Part shown: piece after piece, positions 11,368 to 23,859 of the stretch
Layout of the letters: the number at the start of each line of letters is the position of its first letter
Position numbering within the stretch: the stretch's first letter is position 1
Assembly: GCA_000934665.2 (NCBI GenBank)
Contig: JYFJ02003540.1
Location: 1 to 41,029, forward strand
Length of the DNA: 41,029 bases
Direction: 5' to 3'
From: Catajapyx aquilonaris
Lineage: Eukaryota
The notes under the pieces: generated by a model
Database searches by the model: none
Seen by the model: the letters and a program-made list of their open reading frames with translations, nothing else
Told to the model about the DNA's origin: nothing
Translations under genes and position numbers: made by a program

Positions 11368-14300
11368 TTATGCAGATGTGACAGTACCATACTGTTCCAG
11401 AAGTGCCTCCCCAAAATGTGTGATGACATAGTCGTGGTAGTACATCATGATGCACAGAGGCTGCCCCAGAATCAAGGAAGACCAGACTATTGTATTTGAC
11501 CAGTGTCGTCCATAACGCTTCTCCACGTAATCACTCAGGAAGGAGAGAGGAAGCTGCAAATCGAACGGTGAATAAGTTACTTGTTATTTTAAAACTTACT
11601 GCACATACACTTCAATTAGGAGATTTTTGTCACCAACCTGTGACATCATCCCCATGAAAGCCCAAATCTTGAAGGTTCTCAAGGGTACACTGACTAAATA
11701 TTCATGGAAAAAGGCGCTGGTGAAGAATACAGCCACACTTGCGGTGAACCTGCTCTGCTTCAGTTCAATCAAGGGTTTGTACAAGTGCCTGAATAATAAG
11801 AATCTTATTAGCATAAACTCATCAACACCAAGAGTTAAAAAATAGCACGTAGAAATCATTGCTAACTTCTTCTTGCGAATCCATAGCAATTCTTTCTCTT
11901 TTGTACAACAAACCAACATGCCCTACTAGTATCACATTCCATTTTTAATAATTTTTAAATACTACGGCATATACATTGTCACATTCTAATTTGAGACTTT
12001 CATTATGCATTGCGCCAAGGAAATAAGAAATGCCAAACCTGACAGCCCATCTGTGAACTGGAAGATTCCATTCCCGCCAGAAGGTATTGATATTGTTTGA
12101 ATTCCACCAGGGCCCATAAAAGTCCCTGTCTGCGAAGTGAAGCAGTTCACCCAGCAAGTTGAAGAATGAGTGGAAGAAAATGTAAAACCAAACCAACCAA
12201 AGCAAATGGTTGGGGATCTGAAAGTCAGTGTTAAGATACGAATGAGTACATGAATGACAGTGTTTGAATTAGTGACTAAATTGTGCTTAACTCACAGCAA
12301 GTTTTAATAGGCGTTCTGTTGCTTTCATCACATCCATTTGCTACAATGAAATAAATACATATGTGTTAGTTGCAATAACTGCATGCACATTTTCAGAAAA
12401 CTTTTAGCATATCTTTCATAATTTACACAAAATCCCGCCAATGCTACTTACTGAGAAAGGAATAAGTGAGTTTTTAACACTGGGGATGATCCACTGCTGG
12501 AAGAGGGCAACAACCATTTGAGTTCCTATGGTGACCTCCAAGATACGTTTGAGGAGGAACCTCTTGCGTATGCGATCAGTACGTGGGAAGTTGAGCTCGT
12601 AGCAGAGGGTTGGGGCCATCACAAAGTAGTACAGGTCAGTGAGGGTCAAGTTATCTGGATACTGGACTATGCCTGCTGCCTTTTTGGAGGTCTTTACCAG
12701 GCCTTCAACCACATTATCTGCAACACCAGTCCATCAATTAGTTGTCATTGTGTACATGCTGAGCCCTTCTTTTTTTAAAAACACACACTTGAGAACTCCC
12801 AGGGTTTGTGCTTTTGGGTTGGTTATAACTTACACAGTTATCAATTACAAAATCAATTTCCATATTGTGGCTCAAAGTAATAAGATGATTGCACAGGTGA
12901 AAGAGCAACTAGTTTCACACAAGTTGGCTGAAACCACTTGCAACAATGAACCAATGTGACACTTTGACCAAGTTGTTCATAGGATTTCTCGTTATACATT
13001 GACACAGTGTTGATATCATGTGAGTAACAGGATAATGATAAGCATTGTGACTTGACGGGCGAACCATCCTTGAAAGCATGCATGTAATGCATGATGAAAT
13101 GGTGTAAGCAATATCACCACAATTTTTACAAGGAAATAGATAAAAATTGGTAACCTTTGGTTGGGACTATGACAGTGAAGAGCTATCCAATTCACCTAAC
13201 CCAAAATAACCCCACACCAAATAGAAACTTAACTGATCTACGTTACACTGCAACTTACCTCCAATATCTGAACATCCAGTAATTAGGATAAATGTAGGAA
13301 AGTAAGCATGTCCAACTATTAATAATATATTAGAAACTTGCATTTGAGTCATAACAGTAGTAGTGGTGTACCTGAATCCTCATAAGTGAGTGACTGCCTT
13401 CGAATATGTTTCTTGGACACTTTATTCCTCATAGCTCTGCACCAATAGTTGACTTGGATGTAGGACCACAGCTTTAGAGACATGATGCTGTACACCATAC
13501 ATACGGTGGTTGAACCAACTGTAGAAATATTAAAAAGAGTAATTAATGAACATTTCGAGAGTGTAAGAGAGGTTCAAGGCCCATGTAAGGTACCGGTAGC
13601 GTAACCTCTTCATCTTATCATTAGGTTCCCTGTAATCCCTGAGATAATTTATTTGTCTGGGAAACTCTTACAAAAAGTGTCACTCACTCAAGCTGAAGGA
13701 CTCAGCCTTGACGTTGATCACGACAATGGGCAGTAGTAATAAGAGGACCAAATTAGCAACATGGGCTGGATTTCCAACACCTGCAGCCAGGAGATCCTAA
13801 TGTGGAGATTGAGTAATGAAGCACAAATTAATTCAAATCATTTTGCACAGGTACATTTCTCCACCATGCATCTTAGATAAAAAATAATCTAATCTCTCTG
13901 ACTAACCTTGGACATCCCTTTTTCTATTACTAGAGCCAGCAGGATGTGAACGTTGATATCTGTGAATTAAAAAAATTCATATTACCGATTCACTTGGAAC
14001 AATAACCTGAATAATTCAGGGTCATAAATTCTTTAGCCCACACATGAGTAATTGCATGCTTTGTTCTAACTGATTTACTAAGAAAATAAGAAAAAAACAA
14101 GTTGCACAATATCACTGCTTAAATGTTTACAACCATAATTACTTCACACAATGGCATGTTGTGGGTAATAATAATTTTATTATAGGATTATTACTGGGTT
14201 ATCATTACTCACTCAAGAGTAATACTTGTAGCATTCTCTGATTACTGACATCACCTATCATGACACTTCACACTGTTAGGACAGTGCAACTTATAAATGT

Positions 14301-15045
14301 GTCTGCCAGTCGAATGAGAATTGGCAAGTTCAAGATGCTGGCCACCCCGAGGTAGGAAGACACTCAGGTATTTTGATGTAGTCTATGTAAAATAATTTAA
14401 GGTAATCTGGGACATTTGAAGTATTCCCATTTCTCATCATTTATCAATGAGAGTCTTTTTACTTAGCGCAACTCACATCACTGCTCAAAATATAAAGACA
14501 GTCTTACAAATCAGTTACGCCAATCTTATCAAGGTGTGTAACATATTGCAAATATGAAGAGATAATCTAGCGGACACTCCAATTTAATACTTGGTACTCA
14601 GGTAATATTTTCATAGAAGGAAAGGACAATCACAACAAAATGTGTTTTCTCTCACTCCCTTTCTTTAGCATAAAATGGACTCACAGAAGAGAAGAACCCA
14701 GGAAGGGTACTCGTAGCTTCCTTCTGGTCCGCCAGTAAGCACCATGAGCCACTGGTGGGGGTCAACTCTGACTCCATATCGGATGAGGTTCTCTAGCAGC
14801 AGCCTGAGTCCTCCCATGAGGAGCAAGAGGAAGGCCCAGTTAATGAACCCATTGTAGTCACTGAATCCAGACGTCCAGGAGAAAAGGGAGTCCCTGGGCC
14901 TGTGAATGGGCCTGTCTGGTTGCCCTCGACGTGCCTTGGCCTCCTGCTGCTGGATCTCCTCTGCGCGGGTCACACTCTTACATCTGCGCAAGCGAAGCTT
15001 CTGCTCCTCCAGGTCCTGTGCCGATGGTTTAGCCGAGCCATTCAT
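11368..15045 (-). CDS. DGAT1: Diacylglycerol O-acyltransferase 1 (MBOAT family; Drosophila midway ortholog). Exons complement(join(11368..11553,11638..11788,12039..12217,12296..12340,12452..12717,13372..13518,13688..13796,13907..13959,14685..15045)), ~498 aa
   Basis: Motifs SVTRAEE...[64 protein letters not shown]...[24 protein letters not shown] (catalytic His) and [13 protein letters not shown]. All introns are GT-AG with consistent phases. Confidence 0.95.
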
Positions 15046-15666
15046 GGCGATGGAGCGTGTAGCTGGCAAGGTAAAGTGTCAGCCGTTATTGGTTTTTTCA
15101 TGTTAGCACAAGAAAAGATGCCACCTGTCAAAGTAATTGCCTTGTTATGTAAACACACACACATACACAAACACACACAAGTGAAGTGTAAACTGCAACA
15201 CATTTAACCATGAGAAATGTGCAAACAAGTCACTTCCACTACTTGAGATAACAAATCCGGAGTAACATCCTTGAAACCATGATGTGATTGCACAGCCAAA
15301 GTGGCACAGTTAATGGCATGCAGAGAGAGCAGTTATTATCAAGTCCAAAAATCTCTCCAGGAAATGTACATTTAATTTACAGCAGTAATGACTTGCTGGC
15401 ACATATTCTCCCCATAATGACTAACATTATTGCATGTGCAAAGTGATACCACAATGATTCACTCACTGCCAAGTGAAAATCCAACATGCAAACAGACTCC
15501 CAGCAGCATTTATGTCATCCATGCAGCACTTCCTGGTTGCCCCTTTTTATACAACAGTTGTGCCAAAAGAAACCCCACTTTTTAAGCTCATGCAAGTATA
15601 AGTCCAGTTATGGCAATAATAAGGATGTGTGACATCACTGACATGACGGGAAGGTGCACCGCTTAC

Positions 15667-15790
15667 CCACGGGTCTGTCCGAGGTAGGGCTGCAGACGAA
15701 TCCGACGGCGACGAGCCCGTCTGTAGAGGCAGCCTCCTCCTTGGATTCCCTGGAGCCCCTGGGCGGGTGCTGCCAGATCGAGGTGAGGGA
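15667..15790 (-). other. Probable non-coding 5' UTR exon of DGAT1
   Basis: On the minus strand: pyrimidine-rich acceptor ...CTTGTGACTCCCGCAG|, donor GG|GTAAGC at 15666, and an acceptor TTACCTTGCCAG| at 15063 just upstream of ATG 15045. No ATG in frame with DGAT1. Confidence 0.45.
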
Positions 15791-16171
15791 CTGCGGGAGT
15801 CACAAGGTGCAATGATGAAGGCAAGGGGGAACAAATACCAAAGGGGGAGTTAGCTTGGAGGGGGTGGTAGGTGCGGAAAAAAATGAAGGGGGCAAAGAAA
15901 GGGGGAGGGTCGTGTACACGTGACCTTCGTCGACTTGTTGAGCGCCTTATCTCATTTTCGCGACTACACGGCACTTCAAGGCACGCGGCGGGGTGCCCTC
16001 AGCCTTGAGCGAACGAGCCCGCCCGACGCAACCAGTTCTGCACAATCCATGGCCTTCCTCTACCAATCCCTCTCTGTTTTTTGCCAACGATTTTCTCTTT
16101 TTTCGCCAGACGTTGTCTTTTGCATATGAGCAGCCTGGGAGAAATCGCAAACGTGCCGCTTTCCAGTGCGA

Positions 16172-16185
16172 CCAGCAGATGGCGC
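16172..16185 (+). promoter_or_regulatory. CTCF-like site CCAGCAGATGGCGC in the CpG-rich region upstream of DGAT1
   Basis: Close match to the CTCF core consensus CCASYAGRKGGCRS. Confidence 0.5.
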
Positions 16186-16370
16186 CCACTGCGGCGCTCC
16201 TAGTATCGGGCAGAAGCACTACATGGCGGACAACAACAGTGCAATGTGGCATATAGTGTGGATACCGGCGGACAGATGTCGATGGCGCTGCTGCACCTGT
16301 CCGTGCCCGCCTCTGGTTCAAATCATGGACACGTCAACTGTGTCACTAGTACAACGACTACACGAGCAAA

Positions 16371-16893
16371 ATGGTGAGTACTGGGCTGATCTTTACTACG
16401 CGACGAAGTGGTGGGTGAGGGGCTGGAGGGCAGGGGCAGTTCAGAGGCGCCGAAGGGGTACTGTCGCTTTGTGGCCTCGCCAGGCAGGGTCCGTCCAATA
16501 GCATGATTATTTCATTAACTATTGCAGAGGTGGCCGCTTATTGTGGGTAATGTAACTGCAAAAACCGCTGTACATTTTGTGGCCAACGAACTTTCATGTG
16601 GCCTTGCCACAGCGATATGCACTCGGGCGTCACATGCAATCAGACGGGCTCTCTTAACTTCGCTGCAAATCCCAACTCCGGCCACTACATGTAGTACAGA
16701 GCTAGTTTGTTCATGCTTATGGATGGAATCCTCATTGGGTAGTGAATCAATTCTTTTTGGTGACATGGAACAAAATAAGTTGTTAGGAGCGCCATCAAGT
16801 TTTATTCAGAGATGTCGTGTGAGAAAAATACATCAGTTGCCATTCTTTCACCTCAGCTTTCACAGAAAAGGAACCAACAGAAAAAATTCCTGA
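16371..16893 (+). CDS. Candidate spliced small ORF, join(16371..16373,16528..16893), 122 aa, unknown product
   Basis: CAAAATG|GTGAGT gives a good insect start context followed by a consensus donor. The acceptor AACTATTGCAG| at 16527 opens in phase into a 121-codon ORF. No recognisable domain. Confidence 0.25.
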
Positions 16894-18223
16894 CACACAG
16901 CCCCCAACTCTCAGGTTGAGCAATACGTTAACCTACTTTTCCTTGCCGTGCCAATTACTACGTCCATTGCTTTATAAAAATACGCCTGATCGAGCCTGCA
17001 CATTTATTATCTTTTGTGTGATGTATTGTAGAATCAGTATGAAAATACTTCTGAGTTACAAAGTAAACCCGAGTTCCAATCCACCTATCAGGGCTTCGTA
17101 CAAAAAGGAAATTAACATTTTTCCAATAGTAACCATTCCGTTATAGGCACCCATAAGAAACCTTCGTGTAGCGCAGTCACAACAAACTATTACTAGCTAG
17201 TACTAGATCAGAGAGACACACTGACTTGAACCACACTTAAATAAGTACAAGACATCTATTGAGTGACATACCCTTAAAAATAAAGAAGAGGTACATATCC
17301 ATTACGAATTAAGTTTGGGAGATCACAGCTATTCCTCTCAGATCTAATTATTTTTAGACTTCAAAAGCGACATCAAATATATAAAAGTTGGTAATTACCC
17401 TACGTGCTCAATGGAACAGGATTAGGACGAAAAATGCGTCTGAAAAACACAACTTACAGCATGTTGTGATAGGTGCTTTTGGGATGAATCAATACAAATC
17501 ATTGGACTGCAAATTTTGTGTTACGTCCTAGACACACTTTTACTTTCGATTTTTTTGCTGCTCAGCAACAGTCATAATATTATAACTACAATGCTGGAAT
17601 CTGTTGATTACAACTGATGCCATGAACTCCCAAAAATTGGGACTTATTTCCAACAGCTGCCGGTCAGTGATTTTTTGTAATGGCGAAAATATTGCTTATT
17701 CCATCCTGATAACATCAACAAAGGATAGCCACCAACTTCAATGCACCAACGGCATTTTCAATGCAGTGGAATTCCACCATTATCTTATATGAATGAAAAA
17801 GCACTGGATGGAAATTTTTGCACTTGTTTGCAAGGCGAAATATTTCGGGCACAAATGAATGTCCACACTGGGTTATTTCTGTCAGGAGATGTGCATTTTC
17901 CAAGGTGTTTTTAACATTGGAGTGCAGGCATTACGTAGTTGATGTTTATCTCATATTTCGTTCTTTATTGCCATAATTTTCAGGAACAGGAGTTTTAAAT
18001 ATGCACCTGCCAAATTTAGTGGATTGGTCACATATTTTTGGTTCCAATCTCACCACATAATTTATTGTGATAGAGAACACTAGTATAAATTTAAGGCAGA
18101 AATGAGATGCCAAACGCCTTCCATGACACTTAATTCCAACCATCTCATGAAACCCTCAAGCTTGGGAATCCTGGTATCAAGAGTACCCTTATCACAGGGT
18201 GGCTCATGTTTGTTAGAGTAATA

Positions 18224-18621
18224 CAGTGAAACCTGCCTCTAGTGGACCCTCAGCATAAGGAATCTTGTAATGCAGAAACAGACAGCATTTTTAGGTCCCC
18301 CAATAAAGGGTGTAAACAGAGGAACCCCAAGAAAACTCATATGAACCAGTACAAAACCTATTGACACTCTTTCCACGTGAAAAAGTGTCCTTGCCAGATC
18401 CAGGGATCGAACACAGGCCCCTACAGAGGTGGAAGGCTGTGACATTAGCCACTGTGCTGCCATCCAGTCTGAAAGGCATATGGATTTTGGGAACCAGTTC
18501 AAAGCATGCTAATACACCATAATTTCCCCCCCTGGTTTTGTGCTGTCCCATACAGCAGGTTCTTGTCACTTACAAGAATTTTTCGCAGAATGAGATAATT
18601 CCACTAGTATAGATTTCACTG
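18224..18621. mobile_element. Degenerate Tc1/pogo-like MITE downstream of the SS18 stop
   Basis: TA|CAGTGAAACCTGCCTCTAGTGGA ... TCCACTAGTATAGATTTCACTG imperfect TIRs. The right TA is not conserved (CA). Confidence 0.55.
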
Positions 18622-18847
18622 CAGAAACAACCCCGTAAGAGACATGAGGAGCATGGGAAGTTGTAAATACCTCAACAAGGAAGGGAAAAGTTTGTCTGGT
18701 GGCCCTTCTCCTCTAGAAACAAGCCAGCTTAGTAAGAGGAAAGTAGGCATCACTGTGTAATCAACAGACTTCTTATGAGCTGCTTAGTGTTTTATCAGAA
18801 GCACAGGAAGGAACAAGAACCTGCCTGATTTCAGGTACATCTCCCTT

Positions 18848-20811
18848 TCATTGTGGTGGAGGTTGATAACCCTGATACCTGGCCTGATCATAACCCACAT
18901 ATTGCCCTGGTGCAGCTCCAGCCCCTTGGGGTGGCCCCTGCGCCTGACCTTGTGCCTGGGGAGGCCCTTGAGGTGGCCCTGGAACTCTGTAGGCCCCATA
19001 ACCTTGCTGCGGGTTCTGTGGCTGATAACCCTGGGGTGGAGGTGGTGGGTATCCTCCCTGGGTTTGGTACCCATGTTGCATTTGAAAACCCTGTGGTGGA
19101 GGCGGATAAGGCCCCTGGGCTGCCCCCGGATAGGCCTGTGGCTGTGGGGGAGGAGGTGGAGGAGGATAGGGCTGCTGAGCTGGTGCCTGGTAGGCCTGGC
19201 TCGTTGGAGGTTGTGGCTGTTGTGCAGTTGCAATGGGAGGGGAAGTGGTGGGTGGCTGCTGCTGCTGCTGTTGGGGCTGTTGTGGAGGGGGGTAAGAGTA
19301 AGTAGGTTGAGGTGGCTGTGGGGCTGTGGATGCAGTTGAGAGGGAGGATGCTGCCGCTGCTGGAGCTGAGGTTGTAGTGTAGCTGGCTGTGGGTTGTGGA
19401 GGCTGCTGCTGCGGGGGCTGTGGCTGTTGTTGTTGCTGCTGCTGTGGTGGAGGTTGTGGCTGCATTGGGGGTTGGGATGTGGGAGGATAGTTCTGGCTCG
19501 TTGTTGGAGTTGCACTACAAGGGTTGTAAGAGAAAAATTAGCTTCTATTAAGTGTAATGTTCACAGTGTGGCATCTAAATTGCAAACATAATTCAATTTA
19601 CTTGAGCTTGCACAACTGTTTGAGTTATGTTTGCTTTTAGAATATCATTAGAGCAATGTATCAAGAAGTTTAGCATAATTGCTGACCTTTGAGAGTACGG
19701 CTGTTGATTAGGATAGGGGCCTGGCTGCTGCTGCTGTTGTTGTTGCTGAGTCGTTGGGGTTTGAAAACTCTGAGCTGGTTGTGGCCCTCCCTGCGATGTA
19801 GCTCCTACATAATTAGCTTGCTGCTGAGGAGTGGCTCCATAGCTTGGCTGTGATACACTTGGGGGATACCCTGGACCAGGCTGCCCACCAGGTGCTGGGC
19901 CTTGTGCCTGTCCTGGGGCAGAGCCATACTGACCCTGGCTTGGTGCAGGTGGAGGGTATCCAGCATGTGGGGTTGGAGCTGATGGTGGAGGTTGTTGAGG
20001 TGGTGGGAGGGAGGATGGAGGTGGTCCAGGAGGATACGTTTGTGGCTGAGTGGATGGTGGTGGAGCAGGGGATGGGTATGTGGAAGGAGGTGGTTGCTGC
20101 TGTTGCTGTTGAGGAGGAGGTGGTGGTGGTGGGTACCCTGCCTGAGGTTGTGCAGCAGCAGGTGGAGGAAGGTATGGGGCTTGGCTGGCAGCTTGACTGT
20201 ATTGGGCTGGATACTGGCCTGGGGTTGTCTGAGGAGGATATTGTTGTGGGCGGTATTGGGGCTGGGATGGGGGACCCTGTGGAGGGGGAGGAGGATAACC
20301 TGCTGGTTGGGATGGCGGAGGCATGCTAGAGCTGAACTGTGCACTACCTGCAAAGGAAATGCACAAAGGGATAAGAATATTGACAGCAAGCTTGCACTAT
20401 GTAATGGATGTTTACTTGATATGTCCCTCAATCAAAATATCAAACATTGTGAACAAGTGTAACAGTAAGGCTTACCTTGATGCATATTCTGTTGCCCTTG
20501 CATCATAGCTGGACGATACTGAGCTTGTCCCTGGCCTTGGCCTTGCACTTGCCCTTGGGCCTGGCCGTATGTTCCTGCTCCACCTGTCGTTGCACCACCG
20601 GCACCCTGCCCTGCCACTCCTCCAGATACATTAACACCAGGGGCAGGCCCTGGGCCAGTTGCTGGGGGCATTTCTGGCCCACCAGAAGAAACTGGGGGTG
20701 GCCCAGGTGTCTGCTGGCCCCCTGCTGGCACATTCTGAGTTTGTGGAGGTGGCTGGAGAGGTCCTCCTTGCTGTGGTTGCTGCTGCTGAGGTGGACCCCC
20801 TTGCTGTTGTT

Positions 20812-20843
<32 letters not shown>

Positions 20844-22587
20844 TGCTGTTGAGGTGGTGGACCCCCCTGCTGTTGGGGTGGTGGACCCCCCTGAGGCTGC
20901 TGCCCCTGTCCTTGCCCCTGGCCTGGTTGCCCCATCATGTTAGGTTGAGGGCTGCCAGGCAGATTTTGTGGGGGCTGCCGAGAAACCTTCAGAGTCAAAA
21001 CAGGATTTTTTTGTTGGGTTGTTTGGCGGTATTTCAAATATAACTAAACATGTAGTCCTAGCACTTCCTACTCAGCAGTCACAAGTTGAAATAATTGCTC
21101 AACATACTCTTTAGACACACACACAGCTGGGGTCGAGTGTACTTACGGGCAGCAATGACTGAATGTTTTGATTTGAGTCTGCTATGGAGGCCAAGTAGAC
21201 CAGATTGCGGTGTAAAAGCTGCTGGTACCTGAAATAAACAGAACGCATAAAGGATACCTGACATTTGGGTATGGAAAGGAAGTTTCACTGATATCTATAT
21301 AGGGCCAGTTGCACCAGGTCAGTGACATTACAAAAAATATCACATTTAATGGATGCCCCATACTAACACCAGTTCAATCTGGAACTCGTGCTGAATCAAA
21401 CTTTGTGCAACCGGCATCTAATAATTACATGTTGTAATAATAATTACCCCTTACTCAAGTTATATCCTGGACCAGTGTAAAGCAGACTGCATGCTTGCAG
21501 CCATTTGACCCCTATTTGATATGTCCAAACTCTTAGGTAGAGCACCACTTCATTGTGAGTCCAGAGAAGAGGTGAGTGTAAGTTAATGTGAATCATCCAA
21601 CATCAATCAAGTGGGAGTGGGGCCATGTAAAAGCCTTGCTGTTGCCTTCTCCACACCTACAGCACCTGCTCCTAAATAGCTCCCAGCTTTTATCCTTCAC
21701 TGAGGTAATCGACCCTACAGGACATACAACTGCTTGCTATCACACACTTATTTCCTCCACCTGCAAAATATGTACCTAGTGTCTTGGTTCGACCTATACC
21801 CCTTACACAGGGTCCCTTCCAGGACTGATTTTGCTGTGTAGCTTGATAAGTTTTAGTTAAAGTTGTTCCTAGTGGCATTAGGTGACAAACTTATTTTTTT
21901 CAAACCTCCGAGATGATGAAATCTGGGTTTATAAAATACAAGTTTGCAATTTTGTGCGTTTTTGGCACAGGTGCTGTGAATGTTCAAGTCCCTCCCAGTA
22001 AAATTAAGAAATCTTCCATTTCCCTTTCATCATTACTACACTAACACTACACTACTTGTATTGGTAGGAATATCACCTCTAAGGGATGTTGTCCATGAGA
22101 GGAGACACACGGGGTTTTCCTACCTACACTGTATGTCTGTACTTGTCGGAAAAAAAAGTCTGCAACATTTTGACCAATATAGACGTGACTAAATTCTGAC
22201 GCACAAGACACGTCCCTCTTACATGCTGGCATATTCAAAGGCACTCATGTTCACATGATGACACCCCCCATTTATTCCATGCACTTCCTTCTGCTGCGCA
22301 TAATTTCAACCCCTGCATTGTTGCAGGGCCATACTCACTGCATGCATTCCTGTGACTTCCCCTTGTTGTGGTACTCCTGGATGGTCTGTATGAGCTGACT
22401 GTTCTCGTCCAGCAGCTGCCCCCATGGTGGAACAAAGAAGAGAGGTCAGCCAACAAAGGAACCGGTATGAGGCGTGTAGAGAGAGAGAGAGAGAAAGAGA
22501 AGCGGCGCGGCGGTGGGCACTGACCTTCTGTATGTGCGCGGGGCTGGGCGGAGGCCTGCCCCTCTGCTGCACGAACGCCATGGACAT
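18848..22587 (-). CDS. SS18: SS18/SYT (SSXT/SNH domain plus QPGY low-complexity tail), BAF complex subunit. Exons complement(join(18848..19514,19687..20347,20476..20974,21147..21228,22339..22415,22525..22587)), ~682 aa
   Basis: MSMAFVQQRGRPPPSPAHIQK|LLDENSQLIQTIQEYHNKGKSQECMQ|YQQLLHRNLVYLASIADSNQNIQSLLP is the SNH domain. It is followed by a Q/P/G/Y-rich tail ending GYDQARYQGYQPPPQ*. Exons 2 and 3 are not shown in frame by the ORF track. All introns are GT-AG with consistent phases. Confidence 0.93.
20801..20851 (-). repeat. Coding CAG/CAA repeat encoding 17 consecutive Gln in SS18
   Basis: Mixed CTG/TTG triplets on the + strand, 51 nt. Confidence 0.9.
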
Positions 22588-23859
22588 TTTGTCGACCTGG
22601 GGGACCGGGCGGCCCCTGACCTAACCTTATGTCCTCGGACGAGTCTCCGACGATGCCCGGGCGGCCCACGAAGAAAGAGCGAGAGGGAACCAGCCAGAGG
22701 CGGTAGATGAAGCAGCCGCAGAATCAACGCCGACTCCGCGTCTCTTTTGTCGGCCTGGAGGAAGGGGGCAGCACCCTCGCATGTTGATTCCGGAATATCG
22801 ATACTACCCCCGCGATAAACATAACTGGAAAAATTAGAGGAATATTGTTTAGAATTCATATTTGAATTTCCGAAAAGGTACGGCCATTACATGCTGTAGT
22901 GTTAATTGCGACACTGTTGCATTGGTGTGTACTGTAAATGGCTTGGTGTGCGTATCGATATGCGAGAGTATCGATGTGTGGGGGACAAAAAAAAATGCGC
23001 GTTTTTTATACACAGGGCATTGATTATGGCATTGCGATCGAGGCGGGTGCGAGCAATAACATGGAATGAATGAATGGGGGGGCTCACATCTGAGGAAATT
23101 AATGACAAGCCGGCGCGCCAAGCTCGCTTGAAAGTTGTGGCGGGGTCTGCGGTTCGCTCCCTTTTGACAGACTGCAATAATAAGAGATATATGGACAACT
23201 GGGCAAGACGCAAGAGTATCTTTATAATGACTGTGCTAGTGAGTGCTGTTTTCGAAGTCGTCATCAGCCGTGTATTTCAGTGCTCAGTTTCATGGAGGAT
23301 ATAGTTTCATCAGCTCCAGCACCTCCCATTATGTCTGTCAGTAATAGAATAAACAACACTGTTGCTCTCTGCTACAGAGTTGTTAATTTTCCTACATTTC
23401 TGCTTACGCTGCAAAAAATCTGACGCTAAAATGATATTTTATTCCCCATTAATCTTATAGAAAAAATTGTGCGTAGTACTTCGAGGTCGATCATTTTCAG
23501 GTCATAATTCTAAATATTTAATGAGTCCTAAAACACCGCACAGATATGCACGTATAATAATTATGCGTTTACAGACAGCGCTACAGTAATTACGAATTTG
23601 CAGCAGACTTTTCAGCAGTGATCACTGCCAAACACGTCCATCCTTTCTTCATATCCCTTTTATGCCTTTGCTTTGACATTTTGAACCGTTTTGAACCCTC
23701 CCGCTCCTTATTTCCAACCTTACATCACGTGACCTCAGTTTGCCCGCCACAAAAAGACCTCCTCCCATCCCTCCCTCCCTCCCTCCCCCTCCACGTCCAG
23801 CCCCTCCCCATCCAACCTCCCACCCCCACCCCCTCTAAAAACCTTTACGCCGAGGTAAA
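22588..23859. promoter_or_regulatory. Head-to-head SS18/PCIF1 promoter region with DRE elements
   Basis: Perfect TATCGATA at 22796-22803 and 22953-22960, and TATCGATG at 22969-22976. CpG-rich, and lies between the divergent genes. Confidence 0.7.

Noticed and set aside
15547..15974. Minus-strand ORFs upstream of DGAT1 as an N-terminal extension
   Set aside because: Neither frame joins the DGAT1 frame at the 15667^15062 junction, and the frame that does join has no ATG in the exon.
18784..21043. Many long overlapping and antisense ORFs over SS18
   Set aside because: Expected by-products of stop-poor CAG/CCA/GGN low-complexity coding sequence; no independent splice or domain support.
21640..21772. 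Possible poison exon in SS18 intron 2 (acceptor CATATTTTGCAG| followed by an in-frame stop)
   Set aside because: No convincing donor, so support is too weak.
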